From assembly GCA_951406725.2 (NCBI GenBank), contig OX597833.1:54870001-54934000 (forward strand): 64,000 bases of DNA, in the 5' to 3' direction. This stretch comes from Octopus vulgaris (Eukaryota). A model generated the notes under the pieces. The model ran no database searches. It saw only the letters and a program-made list of their open reading frames with translations, and was not told where the DNA came from. Shown here in pieces: positions 50,493 to 64,000 of the stretch. Within the stretch, counting starts at the first letter, position 1, and each line of letters starts with the position of its first letter. Position numbers and translations under genes: made by a program.

Positions 50493-52376
50493 CTTTGTAT
50501 ATTGTGTTGTACATGTCCATATTTCTGTGCATGTATTTAATGCTTATAATTATGTGTATAAAATGCGTGGTGCATTTCTGAGTCCCTCGGTGTGTGTATG
50601 TGGGTATGTGTATGCGCACGTGCTTGTTTTGCACGTATATGATTATTTGTGCATGTGTATGTGTGAATATTTGAGGTTGTGTGTTTCAGTGCAAATTCAT
50701 GTGTGCGCGTGTAATATTTGTTGATTCATTGCTTTTAAAATTAAGCATATACATAGGGGCCCTCTACATGCACAAGCGCAAGTGGGGAGAGAGAGAGAGA
50801 GGAAGCAGCGACTAATCTGTTGAGATTGCGGCTAATTTTGAATGCATTTTGGAAGCGGTATCTGCTACATTAAGTTCTAGTTATGTAATAACAAGAAACA
50901 ATGGCTTCAAGGTTACGATTCTAAATTACTGAGAAAATATTCAGGTGCTCAAACCTTGTTATTAATACTGCACTGACAGTGTAGTGTCCTTGAGCAAGAC
51001 ACATTACTTCTTCACACCTCACTTGGGTGATTGGCAGAAGACAGGCTCCACACCTACGTTCCTATTTCAGCCAGCTGAAAGAAGAACCTCCAACTGTAAG
51101 AATATATTAAAAGAAATACAATAGAATAAATAGAAAATGTGTGCAGATATGGCAGTATGATAAAAAGCTTGCTTCCCAACCACATGGTTCTGGGTTCAGT
51201 CCCATTGCATGGAACCTTGGTCAAGCGTCTTCTACTATGACCTCAGGCCCAGTAAAGCTTTGTGAGTGGATTTGGTAGACAGAAACTGCAAGAAACTTTT
51301 CGCACATGGCTTTTTTTTTTGTTGTGTTTGTTTTCTTTTACCAAATTCTTCATTATTTAAAAAAAAAAATTAATGAAATAAACACAGCATGTCTTTTACT
51401 TTTTATGTTTTAACTCATTTCAATCATTACACTGTGGCCATGCTGCAGCAGTTTACAAATATGGTAACAAAAGGGTTTTCTTTCGGAGCCCAATGTTGTT
51501 ACTATGGTGTTTAGTGTTCCAAACATGTACAAATTTTGAGTTGGAAACCTACTGCCCCTTGTGGAACCCCTAAGTACTTTAAGTGTTGTGGCATCTCAAT
51601 TAGTGCTAAGGTCTGACTTAACTACTAATTGGTGATGGCATTGGAGCCAAGGAAGTGATGAGTCATTTTGCTCTTCACTTCCATTGCATTGAGTTTTTGT
51701 GTCATGACGACAATAGTAGTGTCATAGTCAAAATAGTTATGTCATAGTGCTTTTGGTATTGTGAGTGTGGTCACATCTTTGTCTTTCATCTCTGGAAATC
51801 TAATCAGATAAAGTACCCAGTTATGTCCTGCAGGTGATTATGTTGACCATATTGCTACAGTACAAGAATTGTACTTTGTAGTCAGTCAAGATGTGATAAA
51901 TTATTATTGGCATGTCGAACAAAATGCCGAGTGGCGTTTGTTCCACTTCTTTACATTCTGAGTTCAAATCCTACTGAGATCAACTTTGCCTACTATCCAT
52001 TCATGGGTTGATAAAATGAGTTCCAGTCAAGAGCCAGGGGTGATTTAATCAACTGGTCCTCTCAAAAGTTCTGACCTTGGGCCAAAATTTTAAGCCATTA
52101 TTGTCATTGTCGTCGTCGTCATTATTATTATTATTAATATGGTGGTGAGCTGGGAGAACTGTAAGCACATTGGACAAAGTGCATAGTAGAATTTTTTCCA
52201 GCCCTTTATGCTCTGAATCCAAATTGCATCAAAGTCGATTTTGTCTTTCATCCTTTCAGGGTTGACAAAATAAATACCAGTCAATGTAATTAATTAGCCT
52301 CTTCAGCCAAAATTTCAGACCTTGTACCTATAGCAGAAAGGATTATTATTATTATTATTATTATTATTATTTATTT

Positions 52377-52615
52377 ATTTATTGCCCACAAGGGGCTAAA
52401 CATAGAGGGGACAAACAAGGACAGACAAAGGGATTAAGTCGATTACATCGATCCCAGTGCGTAACTGGTACTTATTTAATCAACCCCGAAAGGATGAAAG
52501 GCTAAGTCGACCTCGGCGGAATTTGAACTCAGAACGTAACGGTAGACGAAATGCCACTGAGCATGCAACTGAGCGTTTCGCCTGGCGTGCTAACGTTTCT
52601 GTCAGCTCGCCGCCT
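52377..52615 (-). mobile_element. SINE family B in an (ATT)n tract; degenerate plus-strand copies at 51920-52085 and 52140-52345
   Basis: Complete family B monomer. Confidence 0.85.
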
Positions 52616-52622
52616 TAATCAC

Positions 52623-52624
<2 letters not shown>

Positions 52625-52680
<56 letters not shown>

Positions 52681-52830
52681 GACATCGCACAGTATGCAAT
52701 ATCGTGAGGTTGTTGATTGAAGATATTGTGTCTACCAGGGGTGTTTGTACTGTTTGTCAAGTCACACAACAAGGACCTCAGACAGACAGTACTTTACAAA
52801 AATGTATATGTGTATAAACTTTCAAGCAAG
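52625..52830 (-). mobile_element. Possible 3' end of an R4/Dong-like LINE with (TAA)n tail
   Basis: Minus strand THIHFCKVLSV*, short 3' UTR, then a long (AAT)n. Confidence 0.4.
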
Positions 52831-53311
52831 CGAAATTCAAGGCTTGGTTTCACTTCAATTTTTTTGTTGGCGAGTCTTCAACATCACAACTTTTACTCAA
52901 CTGCTTCTTACTAAAAATATGAAGCTTCATCTCAGATTATTACGTAGAGATATAAGTTAACACATATATAAGTTAATACAGCACTGGAAATGTGTAATTG
53001 ATTGGGAGCTTCTATGCTATTGCAGGCATTGCATTATGCCTTTGGGCTATTGACTTAACGTAGATTTTGCCTATAGCTCTATACTTAACTTATATTACCT
53101 ATGGATTTTGTAATTGATTGCCTACACTTGCCCGTGGCCTTATACTTAATTAGCTCTACTTGTATATTACTTTGTGTGTTTAACTATACTTGTCTTGGGT
53201 ATTTATCACAGTAGAGTGTTGACAATGATTAAATGATTGGAAATAAAACTGGGGGGGGGGAGAAAAAAAAAACCCTGAAAAGGTTGTTGAATTTAAGAGT
53301 TATTTAATCTA

Positions 53312-54310
<999 letters not shown>

Positions 54311-56291
54311 CCTAAGGATAGAAAAAAACCAAAAAAAAAAAAAAAAAAACCAAAACCTGTGCTAATATGGTAGTTTGTGATGACACCATATTTATGAATT
54401 CGAGCGAGTTAATTAGTAATTTGCTCGTTAGAGGAAAAGCTAGTTTGTTCATTTTCATATACCCGGTTTTTTTTTTTTTTTTCATGGTAGCCTGCATTTG
54501 ATGAATATAATTATTGAGGCATTTTTTTTTTTATCGTCAGAGGCCCGTCATGATATTAATGTTTACTTGTTTTTCCGCTGAGTGATCTCTTATTCCACAT
54601 GACTTCAAAGCTCAAAGCCTGCAGGAGGTAGTTTTGCCGAAATGGGAGCAACACAAACAAACAAAGACACACACATACATATATATATATATATGTATAT
54701 ATACACATGTGTGTGTGTGTGTAGCTAATAGTGAGGGATTATCCGTCTTGGCAAAATATTTTTATTAGCTCTCTGTTGGTACACCAGCCTAACAATATTG
54801 TTTAACTCTCAAGTATTCTTATGTTAGATTACTGGAAACAGCTGTAAGCCAAATTTGCTCTAATAAAGGGAAAATATGTAGTGACCACTATCTATAACTT
54901 GTCTTATATATATATATATATACACACACACACTCACACACACACACATGCATATATAGTTGAAATTTACAGATAATCAAAACATGAAGACAGGTGTATA
55001 AACAACAAGCAGGTGTATTAGTTTGACACTCAGGAAAGTGAGAAAGTTTTTTACATTTCGAACCTATGCTCTTTAACAGATAGGAACATGAGGAAATAAA
55101 CAGAGAATAAAAAAAAAAACTTGTGGATTTAGCGATCAGTCACACACACACACATGCACGTGTGTTTGTGTTTGTGTGTGTGTGTGTGTATGTGTGTGTA
55201 GGTATGGCTATATGGTTAAGAAGTTTGCTTCTGGACCTTATGGTTTTGGGTTCAGTCCTACTGTATGGCACCTTGGGCAAATGTCTTATACTAAAGCTTT
55301 GGGCTAACCAAAGCCTTGTGAATGAATTTAGTAGACAAAAGTTTAAAGGGGTGTGTGTGATTGCTTCCCCTTATCTTGACATCATGTAATAGTTGTAAAT
55401 GAGCATCACTGTCATACAAGCAGTGTCTTTCACAGCATGACCACAGTTCTATGACTGAAGCCAGGAAAAGAGCCAAAAAATATAGTTTACTGGTTTTCTT
55501 TTTTTTTTTCTTTTTGTTTTAATTAAAAGTGATTAGTTACAGTATATGACTGAGCAGACACAAAGAGTAAAATGATAAAATAAATTAACTGGGTAAGAAT
55601 TGAAACCTGGCCTACAAAATCTGATTTGCTTGAATTATATTATGCTAGAGTAAATAAAACTATATTCAAGATATATATGGTTGAGTTATTTATCAGAATT
55701 ATCATTACTATTAATCTGCTGAATTTTAATCTCCAATTTACTGACACTGTCTCATTGTAATAGTTTTAATTTATATTTTGTGCAAAGTTCAAGTTTCAAG
55801 GCTGGTTTATTTCCGATAAAATCAAATTTCATTCAGAGACACTAATTTCTTGTTTTAGAGTTACTTGCCCTTTGAGCTGTGAAGATTTGAAAGAGTTAAT
55901 GGTTTGATCTCTTATCATAATTTCATTTCTTCATGTTAACTTTCTGCTCACTTTACAGTGGCCAGTGACTCTATCTGTGTTACAGTTCAGAAATTAGGTT
56001 GTTAGAAAAATACAAACAAAAGTTCAAATGTAGCCGTGACAAGCTGCTCTTCAGATCCCAGTCTGTTTAACAGCTTTTACCTAATTTATGGTTAAGAACG
56101 TGTGTGTGTGTACGTGTTTGCTTTAGAACATGTGCTTCTATGAATTGGTGTTGATTTCTTAATTTATTATTTTCTTGCCTCCATGTTGGCATAGAAATTC
56201 TAAATTCTAAATTTAAAAGTGAAAGTAATAAAATATATTTCGCTCTCTCTCTTTCTCAGACACACAGTTCATTGGTGCTGAATCTTCACAT

Positions 56292-56700
56292 ACTCTTTAC
56301 TCTTTTACTCTTTTAATTGTTTCAGTCATTTGGCTGCGGCCATGCTGGAGCACCACCTTTAGTCGAGCAACTCGACCCCGGGACTTATTCTTTGTAAGCC
56401 CAGTACTTATTCTCTCGGTCTCTTTTTGCCAAACTGCTAAGTGACGGGGACATAAACACACCAGCATCGGTTGTCAAGCAATGCTGGGGGGACAGACACA
56501 GACACACAAACACGCACACATATATATATATATATACATATATACGACGGGCTTCTTTCAGTTTCCGTCTACCAAATCCACTCACAAGGCTCTGGTCGGC
56601 CTGAGGCTATAGTAGAAGACACTTGCCCAAGGTGCCACGCAGTGGGACTGAACCCGGAACCATGTGGTTGGTAGGATAGCTACTTACCACACAGCCACTC
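56292..56700 (-). mobile_element. SINE family A, full length
   Basis: Intact structure. Confidence 0.9.
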
Positions 56701-57322
56701 TACTCAAAATTTCTTATTGCCAATCTTAAGATGATTACGAAAAACAAAACAAAACAGAAAAGAATTTGGCATTTAATGATCATATAAAAAAAAATGTTTT
56801 ATTTTTGTAACTGTCTGCAGATCAACAACAAGAAACTTGGAACAATAATTTGTGAAGTGTCAGCTTCCAGTTAATTAATATCATACTATTTTTAGTAATG
56901 CGTCCTCTTTTTTTTTTAATTCTTCTTGATTACTCTAACATTTGTGCATACACCTCTCCCCACCACCCCCTCTCTATTTACATTATTGTTGATTTACCAT
57001 AATTGTTGGCATAAATGTCACAGAAGCACATTTGATGAAATCCGATTTCAAAAGTACATCTTCAAGGATGAAACAGTTTTAGCATAATGAAGCTTATGGA
57101 AAGCCTATAACGATCTGGGATGATTTTTCTTTGAGATATTCTTTGGAGAAAAAATGCATCTTATATGACCATCAAAGACTTTTTTATGTATTTATAGAAT
57201 TAGTTTTGGAGCAATAATTCTTATTGCTAAATACCCTTCCTATCATTGTTTAAAGCTGAAATAAAACCTATATTATCAACTACACATACTGAAATAATTA
57301 TGTCCAGACTTTTCTTTACATA

Positions 57323-57680
57323 GGTGCAGGAGTGGCTGTGTGGTAAGTAGCTTGCTTACCAACCACATGGTTCCGGGTTCAGTCCCACTGTGTGGAACCT
57401 TGGGCATGTGTCTTCAATTATAGCCTCCGGCTGACCAAAGCCTTGTGAGTGGATTTGGTAGACGGAAACTGAAAGAAGCCCATTGTGTGTCTGTGTTTGT
57501 ACCCCCACCATCGCTTGACAACCGATGTTGGTGTGTTCACATCCCTGTAACTTAGCGGTTCGGCAAAAGAGACTGGTCGAATAAGTACTAGGCTTACAAA
57601 GAATAAGTCCCGGAGGTTGATTTGTTCAACTAAAAGGCGGTGCTCCAGCATGGCCGCAGTCAAATGACTGAAACCAAAAA
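57323..57680 (+). mobile_element. SINE family A with almost no internal microsatellite
   Basis: Head joined to the 3' half by a short TG stretch. Confidence 0.9.
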
Positions 57681-57794
57681 AAAAAAGAAAAACCCTTTAG
57701 CTTTTAAACCGGCGATATCTGGCCTAAATATTTTATCTGTTTTTGCTTCAAACTGGCTAGATCTGGTTTCTCACATCAACCCTACATTGTCATT

Positions 57795-58179
57795 GTGGAA
57801 GCACTCCGTCGGTTACGACGACGAGGGTTCCTGTTGATCCGATCAACGGAACAACCTGCTCGTGAAATTAACATGTAAGTGGCTGAGCACTCCACAGACA
57901 CGTGCACCCTTAACGTAGTTCTCGGGGATATTCAGCGTGACACAGAGAGTGACAAGGCTGGCCCTTTGAAATACAGGTACAACAGAAACAGGAAGTAAGA
58001 GTGAGAGAAAGTTGTGGTGAAAGAGTACAGCAGGGATCACCACCATCCCTGCCGGAGCCTCGTGGAGCTTTTAGGTGTTTTCGCTGAAGAAACACTCACA
58101 ACGCCCGGTCTGGGAATCGAAACCGCGATCCTACGACCGCGAATCCGCTGCCCTAACCACTGGGCCATTGCGCCTCCAC
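57795..58179 (-). mobile_element. SINE family D with alternative tail
   Basis: Same tRNA-like head as 27170-27465 but a different 3' region; CpG intact. Confidence 0.85.
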
Positions 58180-58519
58180 ACATTGTCATTATAAAAGTAA
58201 AGACTCACTTCATTGAACTTTTTGAAGTTATGAGATAATTCATGACAAATTCACAGCAGTGTGAATAAATAAGCATTACATTTGTCAGACTAATCTGAAC
58301 ACAAAAGGTTTAAGGTACATAATGAATTGCAGTCTGGGAAAGTGTGTCACTATACCTAGCATTAGTTTACACTTCAAAAAAGACCCTTTGACACTTCATA
58401 ATCTGGTTGTCTCTAAGCCATGTGTAGATGAATGACTTGAGAGCTGTGCAAACCATCATCAAGCAAGGTGAGAATTAGCAGTGAGTTCATTCAGGAATTT
58501 AGGGAGCAGGCAAGTGTCT

Positions 58520-58706
58520 CTTTTACTTGTTTCAGTCATTTTGACTTCGGCCATGCTGGAGCACCGCCTTTAGTCGAGCAATGCGACCCCGGGACTTATT
58601 CTTTGTAAGCCCAGTACTTATTGTATCGGTCTCTTTTGTCGAACCGCTAAGTGACGGGGGACGTAAACACACCAGCATCGGTTGTCAAGCAATGCTAGGA
58701 GAACAA

Positions 58707-58761
<55 letters not shown>

Positions 58762-58800
58762 CATATATACGACAGGCTTCTTTCAGTTTCTGTCTACCAA
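58520..58800 (-). mobile_element. 5'-truncated SINE family A
   Basis: 3' half, linker and part of the body. Confidence 0.85.
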
Positions 58801-58879
58801 AGTCAAACTTCAGTTCTCAGTTTCTGCTTGTTTGCTTTAGTTCTCCAGGCCATAATGGAAATATTTCAGACTGGCTGTC

Positions 58880-60110
58880 ATTGAGGAATCGCATGTAGAT
58901 GACCTAATTGTCATAACTGAATCTATCAAAGAATTAGAAATGAAGTTCCATGCATTGAAGCAAAAACTAAAATGGGGAAACCACTATGTAAACTTAGCCA
59001 ACAAAAGTTTTATTCAACTGGAAAGAAGACAGGTTTGTACTGTCATCAGAGAGGTGACCACGTTCAGTTTATAGAAAAGGCGTTCATATATATAAGGTGC
59101 TGTATTGTTGTTGTTGTTGTTGTTCATCCTTTAAAAGGAACAGTTGTTTGTTCCTTCTCGAGCCATGCCTGGCTCATAAGGGCCGGTTTCCCAGTTTCCT
59201 TGGCGTATAGGTTCCCCACCTGGACAGGACGCCAGTCCGTCGCAGGTGAGCTGCAAGATGCAGGAGGAAAGAGTGAGAGAAAGTCGTGGCAAAAGAGTCA
59301 GCAGAAGTTCACCATTACCTTCTGCTGGGGCCGCGTGGAGCTTAGGTGTTTTCGCTCATAAACACACATATTGCCCGGTCTGAGATTCGAACCCACGATC
59401 CCTTGACTGCGAGTCTGCTGCTCTAACCACTAGCCCATGTGTCTCCACAGGTGTTGTGTAGTAAGTATAAAATATAGGTGCACAAAGCTGCATTGGAATA
59501 GCAGGTTGACCAAAGGAGAAGAAAGACTTTGTATAGGACTCATGGACAAAGGTAGTTAGCCGTGGGAGCAAGAATACTCCGTAGAATTAGTTGATAGCTT
59601 CTGTTACTTCAGTGACCTAATTAGCAGTGGAGGTGGCTGTTCTAAAAGGATAGTAACCAGATTTGGAATGTGGTGGCAGAAGTTTAGGGATCTGTTCTTC
59701 TCTCATGACAACAAGGAGATTCTCCTTCTGATTCAAGAGGATAGATTGTGTGATGCAAAAGTGTGAAATGTGAGAGTAGTGAAACATGGGCATTGGCTGG
59801 GGAGGATGTGTAAAGACTGGAAAAAAAAGGAACAAAGTGAATATGCTCCACCGAATGCCTGTACTATTAGCATGCATGGCCAACAAAGTAAAAATGGAGT
59901 GAGGATAAGAATGGATGTGGGAAGAATCAGGTGGTGTATGATGGTACTGATATGTGATGCATATGGAGGTTTACAGGTTTACAGCAAGAATACTCTGTGG
60001 AAGTAGTTGAAAGCTGCTGTTACTTCAGTGACCTAATTAGCAGTGGAGGTGGATGTTCTCAAAGGATAGTAGCCAGATTGAGAATTTGGTGGCAGAGGTT
60101 TACAGTTGGG
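58880..60110 (+). pseudogene. Decayed RTE-clade LINE reverse-transcriptase remnant, interrupted by SINE D (59145-59448)
   Basis: DDLIVITESIKELEMKF (RT motif), VELVDSFCYFSDLISSGGGCS, WQKFRDL and SETWAL; frameshifts; ~100-bp internal duplication at ~60000. Confidence 0.7.
59145..59448 (-). mobile_element. SINE family D, full length
   Basis: Matches the units at 38307-38875. Confidence 0.9.
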
Positions 60111-60267
60111 TAAAGAAATGCTGAGCAATTCAAGTGGATGAGGACTGAACCTCACGAAGGAGACGACAAAGGACTACAAAAAGAAAAGGTAGCAAGTTGT
60201 GCCGGAGAAAGAAGACCCACCCAATCTATTGCAAGTGTGGTGGGGGGAGATGTAGAATGACGATAAA

Positions 60268-60478
60268 CTCTTTTACTCTTTTACTTGTTTCAGTCATTTT
60301 GACTGCGGCCATGCTGGAGCACCGCCTTTAATCGAGCAACTCGACCCCGGGACTTATTCTTTTGTAAGCCCAGTACTTATTCTATCGGTCTCTTTTGCCG
60401 AACCGCTAAGTAACAGGGACATAAACACACCAGCATCGGTAATGCTAGGGGACAAACACAGACACACAAACACACACA

Positions 60479-60527
<49 letters not shown>

Positions 60528-60689
60528 GATGGGCTTCTTTCAGTTTCTATCTACCAAATCCACTCACAAGGCTTTAGTCGGCCTGAGGCTATAGTAGAAG
60601 ACACTTGCCCAAAGTGCCATGCAGTGGGACTGAACCCGGAACCATGTGGTTGGTAAACAAGCTACTTACCACACAGCCGCTCCTGCGCC
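60268..60689 (-). mobile_element. SINE family A, full length
   Basis: Intact structure. Confidence 0.9.
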
Positions 60690-61211
60690 TGTATTTTTAT
60701 CAGTGAAATCTTTCTTCCGCCGGCCGTTGTCTATTTTTGTTCTTTTCCTCTGTAAATACAAGCATTTACCAAGTCTGCATGAATGTACATATCAACCATG
60801 TCCTCATTCATTAGATGTCTCGTTTGATATAAGTTCAAGTGTCCTGTGTTAAGAGCCTTTCAAGTAAATCACTTACCATTCAACAACAACTCACCAGGTT
60901 TGTTGTTGTTCTAAAAATAGCCGTCGTTGAATGACTTCTATTTGAGTAACAGAATGATGTAATTAAGCCGACAGGTGATTACAAACTTTACTGACATGTC
61001 ACTCATCAAATCCATCCCATCTCAGGTGGTTTGTTTTTGATTACTGTTACCTTTTTTTTTTTTATCTTTCCTAATGTGATTAATGCTGTATTTTTTTTTT
61101 CAAATTTTTTTTGTCATTGCTTTTTTTTTTTGATAAACTTGGTTTAGATCCATAAGAAATGAAAAACCAGAAGTGGATGTATCCTGACTGGTAATTTGGT
61201 GTGGATTGCAT

Positions 61212-61870
61212 TACACACTAGATTTGTCAGCTGAGAATGAGCTTATGGTTTTATACAGGTATTTTACAGGTATTTTAGATTGGACGCTAGAAATCAGCTG
61301 GATCAGTCTTCCCACTCACAGAGTTGGCTATAACTTGTTTATGTCTTTATTTTAGACCACATTATTCAATATGAGAGTTATTTAGCTGCTATTTCTAGCA
61401 CACTGAGATCTTTACACACTAGATTTGTCAGCTGAGAATGAGCTTATTGTATTATACAGGTATTTTACAGGTGTTTTAGATTGGACGCTAGAAATCAGTT
61501 GGATCAGTCTTTCCACTCACAGAGTTGGCTATAACTTGTTTATGTCTTTATTTTAGACCACATTATTCAATATGAGAGTTATTTAGCTGCTATTTCTAGC
61601 ACACTGAGAGATCACATGGAGGTCACTCAATTGTTGGTTTCGTGTTCTTTATACACTAGATTTGTCAGCTGAGAATGAGCTTATTGTATTATACAGGTAT
61701 TTTACAGGTATTTTAGATTGGACGCTAGAAATCAGTTGGATCAATCTTTCCACTCTCAGAGTTGGCTATAACTTGTTTATGTATTTATTTTAGACCACAT
61801 TATTCAATATGAGAGTTATTTAGCTGCTATTTCTAGCACACTGAGAAATTACATGGAGGTCACTCTTGGC
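61212..61870. repeat. Three tandem ~200-240-bp units
   Basis: ACACTAGATTTGTCAGCTGAGAATGAGCTTAT...CTAGCACACTGAGA at ~61215, ~61416 and ~61653, nearly identical. Confidence 0.9.
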
Positions 61871-62350
61871 TTCATGTTCTATGTAAACTAAAGGTTTGAT
61901 TCCCATTTTGCATCATTCTTGCAAAAGCGGAATTGGCACTCTGTAGGTTACGATGATGAGGTTCCAGCTGTTTTGATTAAGCGAGGAGCCTGCTTGTGAA
62001 ATTAACATACAAGTGGCTGAGCAATCCACAGACACGCATACGCTTAACTTAGTTGTCAGGGAGGGAGATTCAATGTGACTAGGCTGGCTCTTTGAAATAC
62101 AGCCACAACACATTTTGTCCAGCTGGGTGGATTGAACCAACGTGAAATTAAAAGAGTCTTACTCAACGCCTAAATGCTCCATGGAGAAATCAAACTTACA
62201 ACCTTAAGATTGCAAACCGCATACCCTACCTAACCCATTAAACCATGCACCTTCACTCCAAGTGATATTGGAAAATGCATCAATATCACAACTACTATTT
62301 CCATTTGATTTACAAAATATTTTTTTTTACATCAGCATTTTTTTTACATA

Positions 62351-62865
62351 GGCGTAGGAGTGGCTCTGTGGTAAGTAGCTTGCTTACCAACCACATGGTT
62401 CCGGGTTCAGTCCCACTGCGTGGCATCTTGGGCAAGTGTCTTCTGCTATAGCCCCGGGCCGACCAATGCCTTGTGAGTGGATTTGGTAGACGGAAACTGA
62501 AAGAAGCCTGTCGTATATATGTATGCGTGTGTTTGTCCCCCCAGCATTGCTTGACAACCGAAAAGCACCATCCGAACGTGGCCGATGCAAGCGCTGCCTT
62601 GACTGGCTTCCGTGCCGGTGGCACGTAAAAAGCACCAACCGATCGTGGCCGTTGCCAGCCTTGCCTGGCCCCTGTGCCGGTGGCACGTAAAAGGCACCCA
62701 CTACACTCACGGAGTAGTTTGCGTTAGGAAGAGCATCCAGCTGTAGAAACACTGCCAGATCAGACTGGAGCCTGGTGCAGCCTCCTGGCTTCCTAGACCT
62801 CAGTCAAATTGTCCAACCCATGCTAGCATGGAAAGCGAACATTAAACGATGATGATGATGATGAT
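62351..62865 (+). mobile_element. Chimeric SINE: family A head/body joined to family C repeats and tail
   Basis: The sequence switches at ...GCTTGACAACCG|AAAAGCACCATCCG (62560/62561). Confidence 0.8.
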
Positions 62866-63289
62866 CACAATTTCTCTCTTCACTATTGCTTGTTATTTTC
62901 CTTTTCTTCCTGGCAAATGTCCTCTCATTGTTCGCTGTTGTGTTTAAAGTATATTTTAAGCTCTGTTCTATTTTTGAAGCCTCCTCAGACTCTTAACAAT
63001 ATTAGAATATCTACACTGTAACTCGAAAGACAGACAGTCAGGCGTGTCTGCACTTTGTTCTTCGTTTGAAGATATTCATTTTGCACTAAATGTCTTACAG
63101 TAAACAAACAAATTTATTTTATCTTATTTCATTTTTATTTGAAAAGAAAATTTTTTTTTTTTCCCCCCATTTATCTATTAATTTTCTCGTCGTTCAATTT
63201 GTCTTTCATGAACTTAATGAAGACATTTTTGAAAATTCCAACAAAATTAGGCTTTGTGTTCTTCAGTTATTTTGACTGTTCATACTTTA

Positions 63290-63975
63290 TTCTTTTACTT
63301 GCATCAGTCATTTGACTGCGGCCATGCTGGAGCACCGCCATTTGGTCGAACAAATCGACCCCCCAGGACTTATTCTTTGTAAGCCTAGTACTTATTCTAT
63401 CTGTCTCTTTTGCTGAACTGCTGAGTTACAGAGATGTAAACACACCAACACTGGTTGTCAAGCGATGGTGGGAGGAGAAACACACACATATTTATGACAT
63501 GGCTTCTTTCAGTTTCTGCCTTCCAAATCCACTCACAAGGCACTGGTTGGCCCGAGGCTGTAATAAAAGACACTTACCCAAAGTACCACGCAGTGGGACA
63601 GAATCTGGAATGATGTGGTTGGAAAGCTCACTTCTCAAGCACATGGTTCCAGGTTCAGTCCCACTGCATGGCACCTTGGGCAAGTGTCTTCTACTACAGC
63701 CTCGGGCCAACCAAAGCCTTTGTGAGTGGATTTGGAAGACGGAAACTGAGAGAAGCCTGTTGTATATATCTGTATATATTTGTACTTGTCCTCCCACCAT
63801 CATTTGACAAACAATGTTGGTGTGTTTACATCCCCGTAACTTAGCAGTTCAGCAAAATAGAGTGATAGAATAAGTACTAGGCTTACAAAGAATAAGTCCT
63901 GAGGTCCATTAGTTCGACAAAAGGCGGTGCTCCAGCATGGCCACAGTCAAATGACTGAAGCAAGCAAAAGAATAA
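63290..63975. mobile_element. Head-to-head inverted pair of SINE family A copies
   Basis: Minus copy 63290-63622 and plus copy 63630-63975, both truncated within the tRNA head. Confidence 0.9.
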
Positions 63976-64000
63976 TAGAAAGAATTTAATTCAATATAGC

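Overview
AT-rich eukaryotic non-coding DNA, very probably from an octopus (Octopus sp.). This is inferred from the dense (TA)n/(CA)n/(ATT)n/(CAT)n microsatellites and tRNA-derived SINE families that resemble the octopus OR1/OR2-type elements. No protein-coding exon can be recognised with confidence; the ORF track mostly reflects microsatellites and SINE read-through. A CpG-retaining, GC-box-rich island near 19.9-20.2 kb looks like a promoter/first exon, so much of the window may be intronic. The window is a mosaic of at least four SINE-like families, TTAA-flanked, hAT-, Merlin-, mariner- and pogo-like MITEs, non-autonomous Helitrons, RTE and R4/Dong-like LINE remnants and a probable solo LTR. 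The most notable signal is about a dozen type-I minimal hammerhead-ribozyme motifs from at least six unrelated short repeat families. These resemble Penelope-like-element pLTRs, are often embedded in (TA)n and are often arranged as inverted pairs. One of them is a head-to-head palindrome of a tRNA-headed, hammerhead-tailed element at 39.74-40.28 kb. Repeat boundaries were read by eye and are approximate unless a TSD is given.
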